Shown piece by piece: positions 58,978 through 64,000 of a stretch of DNA of 64,000 nucleotides (positions within the stretch are counted from its first letter, which is position 1; every line of letters starts with the position of its first letter). Position numbers and translations under genes: made by a program. The notes under the pieces were generated by a model. The model was not told the DNA's origin, searched no databases, and saw nothing but the letters and a program-made list of their open reading frames with translations. Location of the stretch: NCBI GenBank assembly GCA_000092065.1, contig CP000588.1; one strand, 5' to 3'. This DNA comes from Ostreococcus lucimarinus (lineage: Eukaryota).

Positions 58978-60045
58978 ATGCGAACCGCGATGATGCACGC
59001 CGTGCGCGCGTACGCCCGCCCCGCGTCCGCGAGCCGCCGACCAACCCTCGGTCGCCAATCCATCGCCGCGCCGCGTCGTGGTTTCACCGTCTCCGCGCGC
59101 GCTTCGGATAAGACGGTGGAGAAGGGCGATGCCGTCGCGATTCACTACGTCGGCACGCTCGAGGACGGCACGACGTTCGACAGCTCGAGAGAACGAAACG
59201 AACCGATTAAATTCACCGTCGGCAGCGGGATGATGATCCCTGGGTTCGACAAGGGCGTCCTCGGATTGGCTGTCGGTCAAAGCAAGACGATCAAATGCGC
59301 GCCCGCGGATGCGTACGGGGAGGTGCGACCGGAAAATATCCTCAGAGTGCCGAAGAAGGACGTCGTGGACGCGGTGGGTGAAGATTTCGTCAAAGTTGGC
59401 GAAAAGCTGATGGTCGGACAAGGCATGCCGGCGGAGATCATCGAGGTGACGGACAGTGAGGTGGCGCTGGACGCCAATCACCCGTTGGCCGGGAAGACGT
59501 TGAACTTTGATATCGAGCTCATGAGCTTGGACCGACTCGAGGTGAAGCACCGAGATAAGTTCAAGTGCTATTTTGACATCACCATCGGCGGCGAAGCCGC
59601 GGGGCGAGTCACTATGGAGATTCGCGGCGACGTCACGCCCAAGTGCGGGGAGAACTTCAGGCAGTTGTGCACCGGTGAGGCTGGATTCGGATACAAGGGT
59701 TCTCCGTTTCATCGCGTGATCCCGGGTTTCATGTGCCAAGGTGGGGATTTCACCAACCGCAACGGCACGGGCGGCAAGTCCATCTTCGGCAACAAGTTTG
59801 AAGACGAAAACTTCACCTTGAAGCACACGGGACCGGGGATTTTGTCCATGGCGAACGCCGGACCGAACACGAACGGCTCGCAGTTTTTCTTGTGCACGGC
59901 TGAAACCGCTTGGTTGGACGGTAAGCACACCGTCTTCGGCTCCGTCATCGACGGCATGGACGTCGTTAAGAAGGTTGAAGCCGTTGGCTCGCAATCCGGC
60001 GCCACGTCCGCGGAAGTTCTCATCGCCGATTGCGGCGAGCTTTAG
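58978..60045 (+). CDS. dual-family immunophilin: SlyD-type FKBP (with insert-in-flap domain) fused to cyclophilin-type PPIase, with N-terminal presequence
   Basis: ATG verified at 58978; presequence [21 protein letters not shown]... FKBP core [56 protein letters not shown], then an IF-like segment [60 protein letters not shown] full cyclophilin domain follows ([102 protein letters not shown]). Confidence 0.85.
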   Translation: MRTAMMHAVRAYARPASASRRPTLGRQSIAAPRRGFTVSARASDKTVEKGDAVAIHYVGTLEDGTTFDSSRERNEPIKFTVGSGMMIPGFDKGVLGLAVGQSKTIKCAPADAYGEVRPENILRVPKKDVVDAVGEDFVKVGEKLMVGQGMPAEIIEVTDSEVALDANHPLAGKTLNFDIELMSLDRLEVKHRDKFKCYFDITIGGEAAGRVTMEIRGDVTPKCGENFRQLCTGEAGFGYKGSPFHRVIPGFMCQGGDFTNRNGTGGKSIFGNKFEDENFTLKHTGPGILSMANAGPNTNGSQFFLCTAETAWLDGKHTVFGSVIDGMDVVKKVEAVGSQSGATSAEVLIADCGEL

Positions 60046-60060
60046 GTTTTCGAGACACAG

Positions 60061-60065
60061 TTACA
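60061..60065 (-). promoter_or_regulatory. TGTAA poly(A)-signal-like motif (minus strand) ~95 nt downstream of the NHX stop
   Basis: Plus strand reads ttaca at 60061-60065 within the AT-rich convergent 3-prime UTR region 60046-60159. Confidence 0.3.
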
Positions 60066-60159
60066 CATTTCGCCCCCATTATTCCAACCCTTAATACCGA
60101 TTATTGCATTAATTGGCCTTGGCACAGTTTTAAATTAAAATCCAACACAACTACAAGTT

Positions 60160-61920
60160 TTACGCGTCGTCGCTCGACGGCCCAGCCGCGCGCAAGTTTT
60201 CTAAATCTTTCTCGTCATCATCGCCGATGGGGGTCAACTCCACATCCCTATACTCTTCGCCGTTCGCTGGCGTCGTCTCGTGAGCATCCGCGCTCCCTCC
60301 GGCGTCGCTCGTGTTGACGGGCGACCACGCTCCGTGCGCAGGCGCGCCGCCGAACGTCGGTATCATAAAATTGTTCTCTAAATCGTCCCACCACTCGAAC
60401 AATCTTGCCTTGACGCGAAAAGCTATGGAAAGGTACCAAATCGGGTGACCATCTGCGAGTGCCCGCGCGCGCACGGCACGAGCGCGCGGCGATGGGTTGA
60501 TGAAACCCAAGCCATCGTGCGCGGTCGCGCTCATCGCCGAGCTCACCATGCCCTCTCTGTCGCTCGGGTCGTGCAAGCCGAGATGTTTCATCAACGGTAG
60601 CGTGGCGCCGCCGAGAACTAGGGTAGAAACTAAGCAAATCACCAACGTCCCGGTCTCGACCGCGCGCGATCCTTGCTCGCCTGGTCGCGTCGACGGCATG
60701 TTTACGGCCAAGGCGTATGCGACGGCGCCTCGCAAACCGCACGCCGCGTGCATGACTTGAACGTTCCGGGGAATAGGCGTCTCTCGCAGTGTGTTCGCCA
60801 AACGACTGAGTGGAAATATATTCACAGCTCGAGCCGCCATGGCGAGAGGGATGCCCGTGAGCAAAATCCCAAAATCCCACAAATGATCAAACGTCGCGAC
60901 TTGCATGCCGAGATAGGCAAACACAAAGGTTTCGGATAAAAACGCCGCCGCCTCGAACGATTTAAACACAGCAATTTGGGCCTCTTCGCCGACGTTATGG
61001 TACGAGTAATGCGCGTTGCCGATACCCGTGAAAAATATGCTCATAATTCCGCTCATGCCCACGTTTTCCGCCAAGACGTACGAAAAGTACCCCGAGATGA
61101 GCAACAGCGCAAACGTGTACGCCGTGCCGTTGTACGACGCCGCCACGTTCGGCGGCGCTTCCGCCAATCCCAAAGTCTTCAGCAACAGCGCCGTACCGAG
61201 CGCGATCGCGATCCCGATGAGCAACGATCCGATGGAAACGAGTATGAATTGCCCTATGACGGTCCAAAACGTCGAAACCGTAAACTCTTGCTCGTAAAAC
61301 TCCGCCAACGTGCGAAACAAGACCACGGCGACGGCGTCGTTCAAAACGCTTTCACCAAAAACTAAATTATACAACAAAGGCGGCGCCGAGACGTCCGCAA
61401 AAACGCTCAGCGTCGCCACGGGATCGGTGGACGAAATCAACGTCCCGTACAACAGACACTCCAACAACGGATTCGACCCGAGATGTTTCCTCGCAATCAC
61501 GCCAATCTCCACCAGCACGAACGTGCTCAGCCCGAACACGAAGCTCGAGATCACCGTCCCCACGAACGCGAACAGCGCGATGGTGAAAAAATCCGCGAAG
61601 AAATCCCGTCGCTTCAGGTTCAATCCCGCGCTGTAGATGATGATCGGCAACAACCCATAAAAGAACGCCTGCGGCGAAAATTGAAACGCCGCCACGTCCG
61701 CGCCTCGCGCCGTCTTCGCGCGCGCGACGGCGCCGAACGCGACGCCCACGATCAGCGCCGCCCCGCTCGGCTGCACCGCGCGCACGTTATACCGCTGTAT
61801 GACGTAGCTCACGACGACGCACACCATGAGCAACAGCGTCGGGACGAGCGCGCTGTACCGATCGAGCGCCTCCGCGTCGCCGTGGCTCGGCATCGGCGGC
61901 GCTCCGGGCGTCGTCGACAT
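60160..61920 (-). CDS. Na+/H+ exchanger (CPA1/NHX-type antiporter)
   Basis: ATG at 61920-61918 (MSTTPGAPPMPSHGD..). About 10-12 TM helices with NHX motifs FFYGLLPIIIYSAGLNL, LISSTDPVATLSVF, VFGESVLNDAVAVVLF, TETFVFAYLGM. Hydrophilic C-terminal tail; stop at 60160. The track ORF upstream extension to 62769 is Arg-rich read-through. Confidence 0.85.
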   Translation of the reverse strand: MSTTPGAPPMPSHGDAEALDRYSALVPTLLLMVCVVVSYVIQRYNVRAVQPSGAALIVGVAFGAVARAKTARGADVAAFQFSPQAFFYGLLPIIIYSAGLNLKRRDFFADFFTIALFAFVGTVISSFVFGLSTFVLVEIGVIARKHLGSNPLLECLLYGTLISSTDPVATLSVFADVSAPPLLYNLVFGESVLNDAVAVVLFRTLAEFYEQEFTVSTFWTVIGQFILVSIGSLLIGIAIALGTALLLKTLGLAEAPPNVAASYNGTAYTFALLLISGYFSYVLAENVGMSGIMSIFFTGIGNAHYSYHNVGEEAQIAVFKSFEAAAFLSETFVFAYLGMQVATFDHLWDFGILLTGIPLAMAARAVNIFPLSRLANTLRETPIPRNVQVMHAACGLRGAVAYALAVNMPSTRPGEQGSRAVETGTLVICLVSTLVLGGATLPLMKHLGLHDPSDREGMVSSAMSATAHDGLGFINPSPRARAVRARALADGHPIWYLSIAFRVKARLFEWWDDLENNFMIPTFGGAPAHGAWSPVNTSDAGGSADAHETTPANGEEYRDVELTPIGDDDEKDLENLRAAGPSSDDA

Positions 61921-62205
61921 CGACGGTCGACGAATCACGAATCCGTCTTCCCCGTCGGCGCGCGTCGCGTCGCGCGTCGCGCGATGTCGACTCGAAATCG
62001 ACGAATTCACGACGCTTCGACGGACGCGAGAAAGATTCAAACCGAACCGCAGTCTTGGGCGCGCGTCGACGCGACGCCGACGCCGATGACGACGACGGCG
62101 CGCGACGACGCGCGGTGCGACGACGACGCGCGACGCGCGCGCGCGTACGTCTCGCGATGGGCCGCGCGCGACGCCGCGAGCGCGCGAGGGACGACGCCGA
62201 AAGCG
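61921..62205. promoter_or_regulatory. 285-bp divergent intergenic region between NHX and POLD3-like start codons
   Basis: NHX ATG at 61920 (minus) and POLD3-like ATG at 62206 (plus). Confidence 0.3.
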
Positions 62206-63474
62206 ATGCGCATGGCGCTCGGCGCCGTCGACGACGCGGTGTCGCACCGCGCGTTCGTCGACGCGGTGAAGACGCTGGCGCGCGAAGACGCGAAAGAAGC
62301 AAAGGATGGAACTCGCGTGCGATTGGTGTGCGAACGGACGACGACGGAGGCGAACGGGATGGGGAGGAGGGTGACGCGGCGAGTCGCGCGCGAGGCGGAG
62401 GCGGACGAACGCGTCGCGGGCGCGGTGAAGACGACGGCGAGCGGGGGGGACGAAGCGTGCGCGATGGTGTACGAAGACGAACAGAGGATAAAACGCGAGA
62501 TGTATGACGCGCCGAACGAGGAGATGAACGCGTTTCGGGAGAATAAGTACGGGACGGTGACGTGCGAGACGGCGACGAGAAACGCCGAACGCGGACGACG
62601 AGGCGCGAGCGACGCGCGAGCGGCGAACGGGACGGCGGTGAAGACGAACGGGGCGTCCAAGGCGAGCGTCGCGGGGACGCCTGCGGTGGCGACGCCGAAG
62701 GAGGGTGGGGCGACCGCCGCGGGCAGGTCGGCGGCGAAGCAAAAGGACGCGGGCGCGAAGAAGAACCATTCGTTGATGTCGATGTTCGCCAACGCGCCGA
62801 AGCCCAAGGCGAAGGCGGCGACGACGAGCGAAGCGCCGAAGCGCGCCGCGGTGGCGGAGGTGAAGAAAGAAAAGGCGCCGACGCCGAAGAAGAAGGCGCC
62901 AGCGAGCGCGGAGGCGGCGATTTTAGCCGCCGAAGAGGATGAGAGCGACGACGACGATTCGGACGACGAAATCGGCGGCGCGAAGCGCAAGCCGCGTAAA
63001 AAGCGCGCGATTACGATCGAGTCCGAAGACGAGGAGGAAGACGAGGAGGAAGACATGGAAATTGTCGACGATGAACCCGAACCCGAACCGACGCCAAAAT
63101 CGACGCCCAAGAAGACGCCCAAGTCGACGCCCAAGAAGAAGACGCCCAAGTCGACGCCCAAGAAGACGCCGCCGTCTTCCAAGCGCAAGACGCCGTCGAC
63201 GCCGATCAACGACGAAAACGACGAGAACGCGTCAGATGTCGCTCCAAGCGAACCGAACTCGCGCCCGCAATCGGCGTCGAAGAAGCACAAGAAGGAAAAG
63301 CCGCTCTCGAAAAAGGCGTTACTGGCGCGACGAATCAAGAAAACCGTCGAGGAGATGGACGAAGAGACGGGCGAGGAAATCATGAGGACGTTTTTCGTCG
63401 ACGAGTTCGACAACGAGCTCAACGAAGACGGCACTTACAAAGATCCTGATAACGTGAAGACGGCCACGGCGTGA
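62206..63474 (+). CDS. DNA polymerase delta subunit 3 (POLD3/Cdc27/Pol32)-like protein
   Basis: ATG ..CGC ATG at 62206/62212. N-terminal globular part, then Lys/Ala/Pro-rich disordered region with blocks resembling POLD3: NHSLMSMFANAPK (compare IMGMFASKAAAK), RKKRAITIESEDEEEDEEED (compare GKRVALSDDE), C-terminal KKALLARRIKKTVEEMDEETGEEIMRTFFVDEFDNE (compare RKRVLKSKTYLDGEGCIVTEKVYESE). Confidence 0.5.
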   Translation: MRMALGAVDDAVSHRAFVDAVKTLAREDAKEAKDGTRVRLVCERTTTEANGMGRRVTRRVAREAEADERVAGAVKTTASGGDEACAMVYEDEQRIKREMYDAPNEEMNAFRENKYGTVTCETATRNAERGRRGASDARAANGTAVKTNGASKASVAGTPAVATPKEGGATAAGRSAAKQKDAGAKKNHSLMSMFANAPKPKAKAATTSEAPKRAAVAEVKKEKAPTPKKKAPASAEAAILAAEEDESDDDDSDDEIGGAKRKPRKKRAITIESEDEEEDEEEDMEIVDDEPEPEPTPKSTPKKTPKSTPKKKTPKSTPKKTPPSSKRKTPSTPINDENDENASDVAPSEPNSRPQSASKKHKKEKPLSKKALLARRIKKTVEEMDEETGEEIMRTFFVDEFDNELNEDGTYKDPDNVKTATA

Positions 63475-63626
63475 GCGCCGTCGACGCGAAGTAGACCGAT
63501 GAAAACACAGCGTTAAAGATTGATTCGTCTCTCGACCGTCGCGCGCACCGTTCGCGCCGAGACCGCGACCGAGCCGCGAACGGCGACATAAAGCGACGCC
63601 CGCGCGCGCGCGCGCGCGACGACGCG

Positions 63627-64000
63627 ATGGCGTCGTCGACACCGACGCCCGCGGCGCGCGCGGCGCCGCCGAAGAGCGCGTACTTTGAGAACGACGTCGA
63701 ATTCGCCGTCGACGACGCGCCCGAGACCCCGCGCGCGATGCTCGAACGACGTCCCGAGGGCGTGTACACGGTCGGGATCGCGCGTCGCGCGCGCTCGGAG
63801 CGCGACGATGGCGATGACGCTCGCGGTGCGCCCGACGTCGCCCGCGCGTTCGCGCTCGAGGACGAGGACGGGCATTACGCGCGGTTGGCGAGCGCGGCGG
63901 CGCGCGCGAGCGCGAGCGCGGCGTTGCGGCGCGTGGGGGGAGATCCACGGTGGATGGACGTGCAGACGTGCGTGGTGACGATTCTAGCGCATCGTGAACG
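63627..64000 (+). CDS. hypothetical protein, 5-prime part (runs off the window end)
   Basis: ATG verified at 63627 in frame 0 (not in the ORF track because no stop occurs before the window end). MASSTPTPAARAAPPKSAYFENDVEFAVDDAPETPRAMLERRPEGVYTVGIARRARSERDDG.. is non-repetitive; no family assigned. Confidence 0.3.
   Translation, partial: MASSTPTPAARAAPPKSAYFENDVEFAVDDAPETPRAMLERRPEGVYTVGIARRARSERDDGDDARGAPDVARAFALEDEDGHYARLASAAARASASAALRRVGGDPRWMDVQTCVVTILAHRE

Noticed and set aside
62037-63434. 465-aa minus-strand ORF antisense to the POLD3-like gene and 171/869-aa extensions of the NHX ORF
   Set aside because: Ser/Ala/Phe homopolymer-like sequence mirroring the Lys/Ala/Pro-rich plus-strand gene. 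The NHX protein is complete from ATG 61920.

Overview
This window is eukaryotic nuclear DNA, not a prokaryotic locus: very GC-rich (about 65-70%), gene-dense (about 40 protein-coding genes on both strands) and with short intergenic spacers. It contains many head-to-head gene pairs and a few short (140-240 bp) spliceosomal introns; the four I could map all use a GTGCG[T/G] donor. TGTAA-type poly(A) signals follow several stop codons. The gene content is that of a photosynthetic eukaryote. It includes a three-helix LHC-like (ELIP-type) protein, Tic20, an LCIB-like candidate, bacterial-type RsmH and ValRS with N-terminal presequences, and an extensin-like (SPPP)n glycoprotein, mixed with core housekeeping genes (alpha-tubulin, kinesin, RAD54, CFIm25, CWC15, proteasome beta-6, V-ATPase subunit a, NDUFA5, PHD-SET methyltransferase, NHX antiporter, POLD3-like). 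This is most consistent with a high-GC green alga (prasinophyte/Mamiellophyceae-like), but the species cannot be determined from the sequence alone. The provided ORF track uses GTG/TTG as start codons and shows many long antisense ORFs, which are artefacts of GC richness; I re-derived ATG starts and splice junctions by hand where possible. The most unusual elements are: a giant type-II membrane protein (22333-26463) with about 19 tandem 38-aa four-cysteine (GCC2/GCC3 ephrin-receptor-like) repeats, next to a membrane-anchored GH31 glycosidase and an FkbM methyltransferase; a SlyD-type FKBP fused to a cyclophilin; a tandem pair of diverged paralogs of unknown family; and an extensin-like protein carrying a perfect 12-bp coding microsatellite. 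No rRNA, tRNA, CRISPR or transposon was recognised.
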